The notes beneath the pieces were generated by a model, which did no database searches, had not been told where the DNA came from, and was given only the letters and a program-made list of their open reading frames with translations. Positions 28,644 through 38,593 of a stretch of 64,000 nucleotides of DNA are shown piece after piece. Position 1 is the first letter of the stretch, and every line of letters starts with the position of its first letter. Source of the stretch: an uncultured Chloroflexia bacterium (GTDB lineage: Bacteria > Chloroflexota > Limnocylindria > Limnocylindrales > CSP1-4); the NCBI GenBank assembly GCA_963819655.1, contig CAWFXA010000003.1:960001-1024000 (forward strand), written 5' to 3'. The translations under genes and the position numbers were made by a program.

Positions 28644-30303
28644 TCACACATCGGGGTTTCCTCGGCGCACGACACGTCCGGTCCGGGCCGCCTCATCCAC
28701 GACGCCATCGCGAACGATCGGCGTGCCGTTGACCAGGACGTGTTCGATGCCGACCGGCGCGGCGGTCGGCGCGCGATAGGTCGTGCGGTCGGCGACGGTC
28801 GCGGCGTCGAAGACGACGACGTCGGCGTAGTTGCCCTCGCGCAGCGTGCCGCGCTTCCTGAGCCCGACCCGCTGGGCGGGTAATGACGTGGACTTGCGGA
28901 TGGCCTCCTCGACACTGAACAGGCCGCGGTCGCGGGCGAAATGCCCGAGGACGCGGGGGAAGGTGCCGTAGGCCGCCGGGTGCGGCTTGCCACGGCCGGT
29001 CAGGATCGCGTCGCTCTCGGCCGCCGCGAGCGGATGCGCGAGCAATTTCTCCAGCCCAGCCTCCTCCTCCGGTTCGCCGGACACACCGAAGTACAGGGCC
29101 ATCGCGTGCCCGCTCTCCTCGAGCACGAGGTCGGCGGCCACGTCGAACGGATGGCGATCGCGCTCTTCGGCGATCTCCGTCAGACGAGCGGCCTTCGAGC
29201 GGTTTGTTCGCCTCGCTCTCGACCCACATGATCGAGACGTTCTGCCAGCCGGTCGCTTCGACCAGGTTGTGTGGCCAGCCGCCCGGCGTCCAGCACGGCC
29301 AGCCGGGCACGTCCTCCTCGATCGAGCGGCGGATGCGGGCACGGGCGTCCGGATCGCGCAGCCGGCCGAGGAGACCGTCGACGCCGCCGGCCAGCGCCCA
29401 CGGCGGGAAGATGGCCAGGAGCGTCGTGTTCGCCGCGATATACGGGATCACGTCGAAGCCCGTGTCGACGCCCCGCTCGCGGGCCGCTTCATGGAGCTCG
29501 ATGATCGCATCGAGCTTGGACCAGTTCGGACGACCGAACGCCTCCATGTGGGAGTGCTGGGTCGAGATCCCGTTGACCTCGCCGACCCGGATGACCTCCT
29601 TGGTGGCCGGCAGAAGCGTCTCGCTCGAGCCCCGGATGTGGCTCGCATACAGCCCGTCGAACGGACCCAGCTCCGACGCCAGGTCCTCGATCTCCTCGGG
29701 GGGCGCGAAGATCCCGGGTGCGTAGAGCAACCCGGAAGACAGGCCCCAGGCACCTTCCTCCATCGCTTTCCGGAGCTGGTCGCGCATCCGCGTCCGCTCG
29801 TCCGGCGTGAGCTCGCGGCCTTCGAACCCGACCTCGTGGATGCGCAGGGCGCCATGGGCGACCATCGGCACGACGTTGAACATCAGGCCATGGCCGTCCA
29901 GATAGTCCAGGTAGTCGCCAAAACCGGTCCAGGCGTCGGGCAGGTCGCCGGCGCGCAGGAACGTCGTGTAGCTCGCCAGCTCGGCCCGGGTGCGCGGGTT
30001 GACCGGCGCGGGCGAATACCCGCAGTTCCCGGTCACCAGCGTCGTGATGCCCTGGGCGGCGAACGGGGCCAGGACCTCCCCGTGCGACTCGTCGGCGACG
30101 ACGAAGTCGCTGTGCGAATGGATGTCGATGAAGCCGGGCGAGACGATCCGGCCGGCCGCATCGATCACCGTCGCTCCGGGCGCGTCGTCGGGGATCCGTC
30201 CGATCGCGGCGATCATGCCGTCACGGATCCCGATGTCGGCCGGGAACCACGGGTTACCCGTGCCGTCGACGACGCGCCCGTTCCTGATCAGGACATCGAA
30301 CAT
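28644..30303 (-). CDS. N-acyl-D-amino-acid deacylase (D-aminoacylase); frameshift near 29184
   Basis: VVDGTG, PGFIDIHSHSD, GNCG, GLLYAPG; C-terminal HPAAYGTFPRVLG...ADVVVFD...GIEHVLVNG is in another frame after one extra base. Confidence 0.85.
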
Positions 30304-30332
30304 GGCCTGCCCTGCGCTACGAACCCGCGGAC

Positions 30333-31766
30333 TCAGAAGCCGGGGTTTGCGGCCAGGTACGCGTCGATCTCGTCCTGGGCCTTCTTGTGCTCCGCGGCCG
30401 GATCGGCGCCGTGGAACGCAGCCGAGACCGCGGCCTCCACGACGTCCGAGATCTTCTGGTAGGCCGCGCGCGTGCCGTAGCGATTGTTCTTGAACTCCTG
30501 CTGCGCGAACGCGGTGTCGACTGCCGCCTGGTCAGCCGCGGGGACCGTCGAGTCGCTGTACGGAGCGATGTACGACGGGTAGCCGCTCTCGTCCGCGGGC
30601 TCGAAGGTGTGCAGCTCCTCACGGCGGGTGAGGAGGCCGAGCTGGGTCGCGGCGTTCGAGTAGTGCTTGATGAGGTCGAGCGCCGCTTCCTTGTACGGGC
30701 TCGTCTTCGGGATGCCGAAGCACTCCCCCACCACCTGGCCGCCCGAGGCGGGCAGGTCGCCGCCGTAGCCCGGGATGATCGCGACCTCGACCGGATCTTC
30801 GCCGAGCGCCGACAGGTTCGGGTCACGAGCCTCGTACCAGATGTGCTGGTAGTCGATCATCATCGCGGCCTTGCCGCCGAGGAAGACCTTCTTGGCCTCG
30901 ACGTCGTAGATCCCCCAGGGCGACTCGATGACCTCCTTCGGCATGTTCGGCAGCAGGTCGATCATGTCCTGCGTTGCCTTGATCGCCACGGGGTCGTTGA
31001 ACCGGACTTCGCCGTTGGGCCCGTACAGGTCACCGCCGTTGAGGTGGTACCAGACGCACCACTTCGGGAAGAGGTAGAGCGGCGCCCAGCCGTCGACGTA
31101 GCCGAACTGGTCGCCGGTCGTGAACTGCTTCGCGGCCGCGAGGAACTCGGCGTAGGTCTTCGGCACGGTGACGCCCGCGTCCGCGAACATCTTCTTGTTG
31201 GCGTAAAGGACGTACGTGTAGATGTTGCTCGGCAGGCCGTAGAACTTGCCGCTCGAACCCTTGGCAGCTTCGATGGCCGCCGGCAGCATGACGCTCTCGT
31301 CGACGGTGACCCCAAGCTCGTCGAATGGGGTCAGGTACTGCTCATAGAGGTCGACCCAGGCGCGCCACAGGTAGGCGACGTCCCAGCTCTCGCCGCCGCT
31401 CTCGAAGGCCGGCGTGAGCTTGAGCGGAAGCGGGCCGAAGGCCTCACGGGTGAACTCGACCTTCGCTCCTGTTCGCTGCTCCCACTCCGGGGTGACCATC
31501 GCGTAGAACCCGGTGTGGTTCGCGAGCAGGACCTTGAGCGGTCGCTCGAGGGTGAACGTCGCCGCCTCGCTGGGTGCGACGGATGGGCCGATGCTCGCAG
31601 CCGGAGCGCTGCTCGGCGCCGCCACCGACGGGGCAGCGGTCGGGGTGCACGCGGCAAGCGCGACGCTCGCGCCGGCCATGGTGGTGCCGGCGAGGAACCG
31701 CCGCCGCGTGAGCGGGCTGGCGAGAACCCCGTCCGGGTTCTCCAAGGGTCGCTGGGTCTGGTCCAT
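30333..31766 (-). CDS. Carbohydrate ABC transporter substrate-binding lipoprotein with Tat signal
   Basis: TRRRFL Tat motif plus LAAC lipobox; YANKKMFADAGV and FLGGKAAM; GGAGGAGG RBS. Confidence 0.85.
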   Translation of the reverse strand: MDQTQRPLENPDGVLASPLTRRRFLAGTTMAGASVALAACTPTAAPSVAAPSSAPAASIGPSVAPSEAATFTLERPLKVLLANHTGFYAMVTPEWEQRTGAKVEFTREAFGPLPLKLTPAFESGGESWDVAYLWRAWVDLYEQYLTPFDELGVTVDESVMLPAAIEAAKGSSGKFYGLPSNIYTYVLYANKKMFADAGVTVPKTYAEFLAAAKQFTTGDQFGYVDGWAPLYLFPKWCVWYHLNGGDLYGPNGEVRFNDPVAIKATQDMIDLLPNMPKEVIESPWGIYDVEAKKVFLGGKAAMMIDYQHIWYEARDPNLSALGEDPVEVAIIPGYGGDLPASGGQVVGECFGIPKTSPYKEAALDLIKHYSNAATQLGLLTRREELHTFEPADESGYPSYIAPYSDSTVPAADQAAVDTAFAQQEFKNNRYGTRAAYQKISDVVEAAVSAAFHGADPAAEHKKAQDEIDAYLAANPGF

Positions 31767-31793
31767 GACATCCTCCTCCATAGACATGACGAC

Positions 31794-32813
31794 CTACTTC
31801 ACGGCGCCTTCGCCGAGACCTCGAATGAGATACCGCTGCATGAGCAGGGCCAAGGTGAGTACCGGGATCGACGCGATCAGGCCGGCCATCGAGAGCTGCG
31901 GTTCGATCCGGTTGATGGGGTCCATGAGGTTGACGATCGCCGGCGCGAGCATCGGTGTGCTGCCGACGTAGAGCACCTTCGACACGAGCAGGTCATTCCA
32001 CGACAGGACGAACGCGAAGACCGCGGCCGTCACGATGCTCGGCACGGTCACAGGCAGGACGACCCGTCGCAGAGCCTGGAGCCGGCTCGCACCATCGATC
32101 CGCGCGGCGTGCTCGAGGTCCGGCTCCACCCCGTCGAACGTCCCGATGAGGATCCAGGTCACGAGCGGCACGGTGAGCGCGATGTGCCCGATCGCCATCC
32201 CCGGCAGCGTGTCGATCAGCCCGAGGCCCTTGAAGATCGCAACGAGCGGCACGAGCAGCGCGACGCCCGGAAGCATGTACGCGACCATCACCCCGGTGTA
32301 CGTCGCGCCCCGGCCAGGGTACCGAAGCCGCGCGATGGCGTACGCCCCCAACAGGCCGAGCAGCGTCGTGACGATCGCTGCCGTGGTAGACACCAGGAGG
32401 CTGTTGCGCAGGCCGTCCTCGAAATACGGGATCCGCATGAGCTGGTCGAACGCGATGGTCGTCGGCGCCGGCGGCAGGACATGGGGTCCCGTCAGCAGAT
32501 CGGCCCGCCTCTGCAAGGACCCGAGCACCACCACGAACCCGAACGGGATGACGATCAACAGCACGACGCCGAGCGCAAGGAGCGACGCCACGACCCGTGC
32601 GCCGAGATCCTGGCGAAGCGCGTTGAGGCCGCGCCACAGGAGGGTCAGGCCGGCGAGGGTGGCGACGACCCAGACCCAGAATGGCAGCCCGAACGGGCGC
32701 GCGATCTGGACGAGCTCGAGGATGGCGGCGCCGGCGATGAGTCCGGCTCCCGCGATCGCCGCGACCTTGGCCATCCGCGGCTCGGTCGCCGTCCGCAGCC
32801 CGTTCGTCGTCAC
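31794..32813 (-). CDS. Carbohydrate ABC transporter permease (MalG-like)
   Basis: LEHAARIDGAS EAA motif and FVLSWND; GTG overlaps the upstream stop. Confidence 0.9.
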   Translation of the reverse strand: MTTNGLRTATEPRMAKVAAIAGAGLIAGAAILELVQIARPFGLPFWVWVVATLAGLTLLWRGLNALRQDLGARVVASLLALGVVLLIVIPFGFVVVLGSLQRRADLLTGPHVLPPAPTTIAFDQLMRIPYFEDGLRNSLLVSTTAAIVTTLLGLLGAYAIARLRYPGRGATYTGVMVAYMLPGVALLVPLVAIFKGLGLIDTLPGMAIGHIALTVPLVTWILIGTFDGVEPDLEHAARIDGASRLQALRRVVLPVTVPSIVTAAVFAFVLSWNDLLVSKVLYVGSTPMLAPAIVNLMDPINRIEPQLSMAGLIASIPVLTLALLMQRYLIRGLGEGAVK

Positions 32814-33748
32814 GACAGGAGTCCCCGCGCCCTGCCCCGCGTGAGGAGCAGGGCGAGCACCACGACGAAGGCGGTGACGACATACGCAAGCACCGCGCCG
32901 TACCCGAAATCGGTCTGCTCGAACGTCGTCTTGAACGTGTAGAAGTACAGGTTGTACGTCGAGTAGCGCCCGGGCCCGCCACCGGTCAGCGCGAAGATCA
33001 GGTCGAAGAGCTGGATCGTGATCAGGACCTGGATGATCACCGCAGCGATGAGGGTCGGGCGCAGGAACGGCAGGACGACGTGGCGGAACCGGCGCCACCG
33101 GCCGGCACCATCGATCCGGGCGGCGTTGATGGTCTCCTCGGGCAGGTACTGGAGGGCGACCAGGAAGATCAGGGCGAGGAGCGAGAACGTCTTCCAGATG
33201 TGGATCGCGGTCAGCATGAACAGGGTTCCCGGGACGCCACTCAGGAAGAGCGGCGGCTGATCGACAAGGCCGGCGTTGACGAGCCACTCGCCGAGGAGGC
33301 CCCGGCGCGAGTCGAGGAACCACTGGAACATCGCGGCCACGACGACAGGCGGCAGTGCCCACGGGATAAGGAGCGCTGCGCGGGCGAGGCTACGACCCGG
33401 GAAGCGCTCGTTGAGCACCAGGGCCACCGCCAGTCCGATGACCACGCCGAGCACCGCCGATGGGATGACGTACATCAGCGTCTGACCCGCGGCCTGGATG
33501 AAGATCGGATCGGTCGTGATGCGGAGCCAGTTGTCGAGGCCGACGAATGGTCCGAGGCGGCCAGGCACCGTCGAACGTCCGGTGACGGTCAGCAGGAGCG
33601 AGTACACGACGGGATAGCCGATGAGGCCGATGAAGAGGGCCGCCGTCGGGATCAGGAACAGCGCGGCATACGCCTGGTTCTCGCGGCGGATCGACAGCCC
33701 GCTCAGGCGGTTGCCGCGCTCGGACACAGTCACTGGCTCGGCGGTCAT
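32810..33748 (-). CDS. Carbohydrate ABC transporter permease (MalF-like)
   Basis: AARIDGAGRWRRFRHV and FDLIFALTGGGP. Confidence 0.9.
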   Translation of the reverse strand: MTAEPVTVSERGNRLSGLSIRRENQAYAALFLIPTAALFIGLIGYPVVYSLLLTVTGRSTVPGRLGPFVGLDNWLRITTDPIFIQAAGQTLMYVIPSAVLGVVIGLAVALVLNERFPGRSLARAALLIPWALPPVVVAAMFQWFLDSRRGLLGEWLVNAGLVDQPPLFLSGVPGTLFMLTAIHIWKTFSLLALIFLVALQYLPEETINAARIDGAGRWRRFRHVVLPFLRPTLIAAVIIQVLITIQLFDLIFALTGGGPGRYSTYNLYFYTFKTTFEQTDFGYGAVLAYVVTAFVVVLALLLTRGRARGLLS

Positions 33749-34878
33749 CGCGCCACCGCCTCGCGCGGTTCCGCGCCGGTGGGACGGGCGTCCAGCGGAA
33801 GGCTGATGCGCTGCCCGTTGTCAGGGTCGAAGAACAACAGGTGGTTCGGGGCGAACGTCACGCCGACCTCGTCGCCGACGGCCAGCTCCTCGGCCGGGAC
33901 GCGCGCCCGGAGGGTCCGGTCCGCCACCACGATCGTGGCGTACTCATCGGGCGCGACGACCTCCGTGAGCGTGACGCGCCCGGTCATCGACGACGATGCG
34001 ACGTCGCGCACGACCCGGACTCCCTCCGGGCGCACGCCGAGGACGACCGGCAGTGGCGTCGCCGGCGGGTCCTGGTCTCGGAGGTCGACGCCGATGACGC
34101 CGGCCTCGAAGCGCGCCCGCCCGTCGACGGCCACGATCTGGCCGGGGATGAAGTTCATCGGCAAGCGCCCGACGAACGAGGCGACGAACCGGTTCGCCGG
34201 TCGTCGGTAGATCGACCCCGGCGTGTCCACCTGCTGGACGTCACCGCGGGCCATGACGACGACCCGGTCGCCCATCGCCTCGGCGTCGTCCTGGTCATGG
34301 GTGACGTAGATGAACGTCGCCCGCAACTGCTGATGGAGTCGCTTGAGCTCCTCACGCGTCGTCGCCCGCAGGTTCGCGTCGAGGTTGCTGATCGGTTCGT
34401 CGAGGAGGAAGACCTTCGGCTCGCGAACGATCGCCCGGCCCAGCGCCACGCGCTGACGCTCGCCGCCGCTCAGGGCGCGCGGATGACGGTCGAGCAGGCC
34501 GCCGATGCCGAGCATCTCCGCGACCTCGCCGACGCGGGCGTACCGGTCGGGCTTGTTCATGCCGCGGAGCATCAACGGGAAGCCGATGTTGTCGCGCGCG
34601 GTCATATGCGGGTACAGCCCGTAGGACTGGAAGACCATCGCGACGTCGCGCCGCTCCGGCGTGACGTTGGTCACATCGCGTCCGTCCATCAGGATCCGCC
34701 CGGAGGTGACCTCCTCGATGCCGGCGAGCAACTTGAGGACAGTGCTCTTGCCGGACCCCGACGGCCCGAGCACGCAGGTGAATAGGCCATCCTCGAACGT
34801 CAGCGATGTCTCGCACAGGGCATCGCTCGCGGCGTTCGGGTAGCGCTTGACCACCCTGTCGAGGCGAACCTCAGCCAC
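33745..34878 (-). CDS. ABC transporter ATPase (MalK-like, TOBE domain)
   Basis: GPSGSGKS, LSGGERQRVALGRA, LLDEP and YVTHDQ. Confidence 0.9.
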   Translation of the reverse strand: MAEVRLDRVVKRYPNAASDALCETSLTFEDGLFTCVLGPSGSGKSTVLKLLAGIEEVTSGRILMDGRDVTNVTPERRDVAMVFQSYGLYPHMTARDNIGFPLMLRGMNKPDRYARVGEVAEMLGIGGLLDRHPRALSGGERQRVALGRAIVREPKVFLLDEPISNLDANLRATTREELKRLHQQLRATFIYVTHDQDDAEAMGDRVVVMARGDVQQVDTPGSIYRRPANRFVASFVGRLPMNFIPGQIVAVDGRARFEAGVIGVDLRDQDPPATPLPVVLGVRPEGVRVVRDVASSSMTGRVTLTEVVAPDEYATIVVADRTLRARVPAEELAVGDEVGVTFAPNHLLFFDPDNGQRISLPLDARPTGAEPREAVAR

Positions 34879-36328
34879 GCTCGCTCCCGGCCGCGGCTGC
34901 GACGCGTTCTGGCCCGGCTCGGACGACCTCCCACTCCTCCCGGAGCTGGTCGGCATCGATGTTCAGGTCGGCGGCCAGGAAGTCGACCTCGACGTCGACC
35001 AGCGGCCTGGACCCCGCCCTGGTGGCGATCCGCTGGAGATACGAGCGCCGCAGCCGCGCCAGGTCGATCTCGCCGATGCCCATCGCTTCGATGGTCGGCG
35101 GGAAGACGATGCGCTGACCCGGACGCTCATCCTCGCGCGGCCCGACCGCCAGCTCGATGCCCATCTCGCGGGCCAGCGTCAACTGGGCGGTCGGATGCTT
35201 GCCTGCGCCCGTGTATTCGGTCTCCTGGACGACGATGACCTCGTCCTCACGGAACTCTCGGGCCAGGACGAGGGCGGCCGCCAGGGAGGTGTTGCCGGCC
35301 GGTCCCCGCTCGAGGCCCTCGAGATCGGCGAGAAGCTGGGTCGTGTAGAAGACCTCGCCCTGGGTGACCGTGACGTAGCGGTCCAGGTAGCGCAGCCCGC
35401 GAGCCGCGTTCCGCGGCACGTCGACCCGATCGGGATCGACGGAGAAGGGAACCCCGAAACCGGTGTGGCCGGTCGTGAACGACTTGCGATTGAAGTCACG
35501 GTCGCTGGCCATGTGCAACCCGGTCAGGTCCACGCTGGCGCCGATCACGGACGTGTCGTCGGCACCCGCTCGCCGAAGACCCCTGGCGGTCCCGGTGACG
35601 TTGCCCCCGCCGCTGTGGGTCGCGACCACGGCCGACGGGGCCCGGCCGTACCGCTCCGTGCATTCGACGGCGATCTCGTAGCCGAGCGTCTCGACACCCA
35701 GCGTCGCATACGGCGTGTACAGGCTGGCGTTGAAGTAACCGGTCTGCTCGAGCAGGCGCAGATGGATGTAGAACAGCTCCGGACCGACGGTCAACTGCCA
35801 GACCTCGGCGCCGTACGCCTCGCACGCGCGTGTCTTCTCGAGGACTTCCGGCTGGCCGCGACCGTTCGAGTCGAACACCTCCTGGAGGATCAGCGCCTTG
35901 AGCCCGTACATCGCGGCCTGCGACGCGATCGCCGCCCCGTAGTTGCCAGACGTGGCCGCGATCACACCGGCAAAGCCACCGTCGGCGGCCTGCGCGAGAC
36001 AGATCGACGCCCGGCGGGCCTTGAAGCTACCGGCCGCGTTCGCCGCCTCGTCCTTCACCAGGATCCGCGCGCCAAATCCGGGCGGGGCCGCCTGGCGGGC
36101 CAGCGCGCTGAGCCGGTTCAGCTCGAGCAATGGAGTCTCACCGACCTTGTTCTGGCGCTGCACGCGACGGACGTCCTCGAAGGTCGGCGGCGGGCTGTCG
36201 GCGAGGCCCGCGTAGTCGAACGCGATACCTCCCTCGAGCTCGTACCGGTCGTAATCGATCCCGATCGACCGCCGCATGATCTCGGCGCGGCGGGCCATGA
36301 CGCCCGTGTACGAGTCGTCGCGGGTCAT
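34871..36328 (-). CDS. ortB: 2-amino-4-oxopentanoate thiolase beta subunit (PLP-dependent)
   Basis: VMARRAEIMRRSIGIDY, KDEAANAAGSFKARRA, ATSGNYGAA, HMASDRDFNRKSFTTGHTGFG and VQETEYTGAGKH are OrtB-like. Confidence 0.85.
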   Translation of the reverse strand: MTRDDSYTGVMARRAEIMRRSIGIDYDRYELEGGIAFDYAGLADSPPPTFEDVRRVQRQNKVGETPLLELNRLSALARQAAPPGFGARILVKDEAANAAGSFKARRASICLAQAADGGFAGVIAATSGNYGAAIASQAAMYGLKALILQEVFDSNGRGQPEVLEKTRACEAYGAEVWQLTVGPELFYIHLRLLEQTGYFNASLYTPYATLGVETLGYEIAVECTERYGRAPSAVVATHSGGGNVTGTARGLRRAGADDTSVIGASVDLTGLHMASDRDFNRKSFTTGHTGFGVPFSVDPDRVDVPRNAARGLRYLDRYVTVTQGEVFYTTQLLADLEGLERGPAGNTSLAAALVLAREFREDEVIVVQETEYTGAGKHPTAQLTLAREMGIELAVGPREDERPGQRIVFPPTIEAMGIGEIDLARLRRSYLQRIATRAGSRPLVDVEVDFLAADLNIDADQLREEWEVVRAGPERVAAAAGSERG

Positions 36329-36665
36329 CGCGGTTCGGACTCCTCGAGCGCTCGACGCGCGGCCACGCCGAGGGCCAGCAACTCGGGGACGGGGTCGCCG
36401 AAATCGGCGGGGTTGCGTGGGTTCACCGGGTCAGCCGACCGCCGACCTCACGTCCCAGGAGTGTGCGCACCGTGACGTCATCGCCGAGCGAGGCGGGCTC
36501 GGCCAGGAACCCCCGGATGCGGGCGACGAAGTCGGTCTCCGCGGTGTCCTGGGGCACGTTGGGGGCCCGGCCACCAGCTGGAAGGACGACCTGGCTGACC
36601 TCCACCCACGCCCCGGCCGGGACCGGCGTCGCGTCGGCCGCGGGGCTGCGGGGGAGCTTCGCCAC
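36325..36665 (-). CDS. ortA: 2-amino-4-oxopentanoate thiolase alpha subunit; frameshift near 36426
   Basis: GAWVEV..VVL...RAPNVPQDT...RGFL...GDDVTVRT..GR, then VNP...DFGDPVPELLALG in a shifted frame ending in ATGA overlap with ortB. Confidence 0.8.
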
Positions 36666-36706
36666 CACGACCTCCGATCGTTCAAGCGCCGGAAAACGTG
36701 TCATGC

Positions 36707-36735
36707 ACGATATGCCAACGACCACCTTGCGTCAA
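36707..36735 (-). promoter_or_regulatory. Sigma-70-type promoter for the ort operon
   Basis: TTGACG-17 bp-TATCGT on the minus strand; -35 lies inside the palindrome TGCG-TCAA-CGCA. Confidence 0.6.
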
Positions 36736-36778
36736 CGCATATAGTACAGACGAAGGCCCGTGCACGGAGGCATCCCGC

Positions 36779-38149
36779 GTGTCCAGCCTCGTCCAGGATG
36801 ACGCCCTGCGATCGCTCTCGGAGACCCTGCGCGGCGAGCTGTTACTGCCCGGCGATGACGGCTACGAGACCGCGCGACGTGTCTTCAACGGCATGATCGA
36901 CAAGCGCCCTGCGGCCATCGCCCGCGTCCGCGGGACGTCCGACGTGATCGCGGCGATCGCCTACGCCCGGGACCGCGGTCTGCAGGTCGGCGTCCGCGGT
37001 GGCGGCCATAACGTGGCCGGCCACGGGACGTGCGATGACGGCCTGCTCATCGATTTCTCCCTGATGCGCGGCGCCCGGGTGGACCTCACGTCACAGACCG
37101 CGCGCGCGGATCCTGGCTGCAACTGGATCGACTTCGACACGGAGACCTCCGCTCACGGGCTCGCCACGACCGGCGGGACCGTCGGGAGCACCGGGATCGC
37201 GGGGCTGACCCTCGGTGGAGGGCTTGGCTTCCTGATGGGGAGCTATGGCTTGACGTGCGACAACCTCGTCTCGGCCGACGTGGTGATGGCCGACGGGTCG
37301 TTCGTGACAGCAAGTGACGAGAGCCACGAGGAGCTCTTCTGGGGCATCCGCGGCGGGGGCGGCAACTTCGGGGTCGTCACCTCGTTCGAGTACTGCCTCC
37401 ATCCGGTCGATCGGTTGCTGGCCGGGCTCGTCGCCTATCCGTTCGAGCACGCTCGCGCCGCGCTCGAGCTGTTCCGTGAGGTCACGGCGGTGGCGCCGGA
37501 CGAGCTCAGTTGCGCCTTCGTGATGGTCACCGTCCCGGACGGCGGACCGCGCATCGCCGCCATCGCGGCCTGCTACAACGGGCCGATCGAGGACGGCGAG
37601 AAGATCGTCGCGCCGATCCGCCGCCTCGGCCCGCCTCTCGACGACGGGATCCGCCCGATGACCTATCCCGAGGTGCAGCGCATCTTTGCGGAGATCCCAT
37701 TCGGGCTGCAGAACTACTGGAAGGGCCACTTCCTGCGCGACATGCCGGACGCGGCCATCGACGCGGCCGTGGCGTCGTTCGAGGGGGTCACGTCGGATCA
37801 CTCCGCGATCCTGATCGAGGCCCCGCACGGCGCCGTGCGCCGGGTACCGGATGACGCCACAGCGTTCGGCCAGCGCCAGGCCCGGTTCAACGCGAGCGCG
37901 CTCGCGGTCTGGGAAGGTCCGGCCGATCCGGACCGGCACATCCGATGGGTGCGCGACTATGCCGACGCGGTCGCGCCGTACGCGTCCGGAGACTACGTGA
38001 ACTACCTGGCCGACGACGCGTCGAGCGCTGAAGTCGCGTCAGCCTACGGGGCCCAGCGCTTCGAACGGCTGGTCGCGCTCAAGAACCGCTACGACCCGTC
38101 GAACGTCTTCCGCTTCAATGCGAATATCGCCCCGAGTCGGCCGGCCTGA
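36779..38149 (+). CDS. FAD-binding oxidoreductase (VAO/BBE family)
   Basis: RGGGHNVAG covalent-FAD His motif, LFWGIRGGGGNFGVVT, YVNY and LKNRYDPSNVF; GGAGG RBS. Confidence 0.9.
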   Translation: MSSLVQDDALRSLSETLRGELLLPGDDGYETARRVFNGMIDKRPAAIARVRGTSDVIAAIAYARDRGLQVGVRGGGHNVAGHGTCDDGLLIDFSLMRGARVDLTSQTARADPGCNWIDFDTETSAHGLATTGGTVGSTGIAGLTLGGGLGFLMGSYGLTCDNLVSADVVMADGSFVTASDESHEELFWGIRGGGGNFGVVTSFEYCLHPVDRLLAGLVAYPFEHARAALELFREVTAVAPDELSCAFVMVTVPDGGPRIAAIAACYNGPIEDGEKIVAPIRRLGPPLDDGIRPMTYPEVQRIFAEIPFGLQNYWKGHFLRDMPDAAIDAAVASFEGVTSDHSAILIEAPHGAVRRVPDDATAFGQRQARFNASALAVWEGPADPDRHIRWVRDYADAVAPYASGDYVNYLADDASSAEVASAYGAQRFERLVALKNRYDPSNVFRFNANIAPSRPA

Positions 38150-38197
38150 CGCACGGCGCCCCCCAACCGTCGCAGGCCGGCCGACTATCCTTGATCC

Positions 38198-38557
38198 ATG
38201 GATGAGCAGACCGTTCGTGCCCACGCCCGCGCGATGTGCGACGCGATCGTCGCCGGCGACGTCGATCGGGCGATCGAGGATGTCAGCCCGGAGCTGCGCA
38301 GGAACCTCGGCGAGGTGATCAGCCTCTTTCCGCTGCCGTCGAGGGAGGCGGCGATCGAGTCGATCGCTCAAGGCGGCTCGAGCTTCGTGGTCGTGCTGCG
38401 GCTGGTCGGCGAGAACGAGGAGGTCCAGGTCCAGACGCGCTGGAAGGATCGTGACGGCAAGCCGACGCTCGTCGAGGCGAGCCACCTGAGCCGGACCGAG
38501 GTCGCGGCGGAGGCCGCCGAGACCGAAGGTGGCGGCGAGGACGCGAACGGCGGCTGA
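38198..38557 (+). CDS. Small hypothetical protein (NTF2-like fold possible)
   Basis: Typical codon usage; TATCCT 6 bp upstream of ATG. Confidence 0.65.
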   Translation: MDEQTVRAHARAMCDAIVAGDVDRAIEDVSPELRRNLGEVISLFPLPSREAAIESIAQGGSSFVVVLRLVGENEEVQVQTRWKDRDGKPTLVEASHLSRTEVAAEAAETEGGGEDANGG

Positions 38558-38593
38558 CGGCTCCGGTCGACGCCCCGGCTGACCGACCCCGGG

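Noticed and set aside
34871-36328. Threonine synthase, cysteine synthase or threonine dehydratase call
   Set aside because: The fold-type II PLP motifs are shared, but OrtB-specific segments and the adjacent ortA identify it as the thiolase
25599-38149. Secondary-metabolite biosynthetic cluster
   Set aside because: No scaffold-forming or ligase genes; an importer with SBP plus hydrolases and a thiolase point to catabolism
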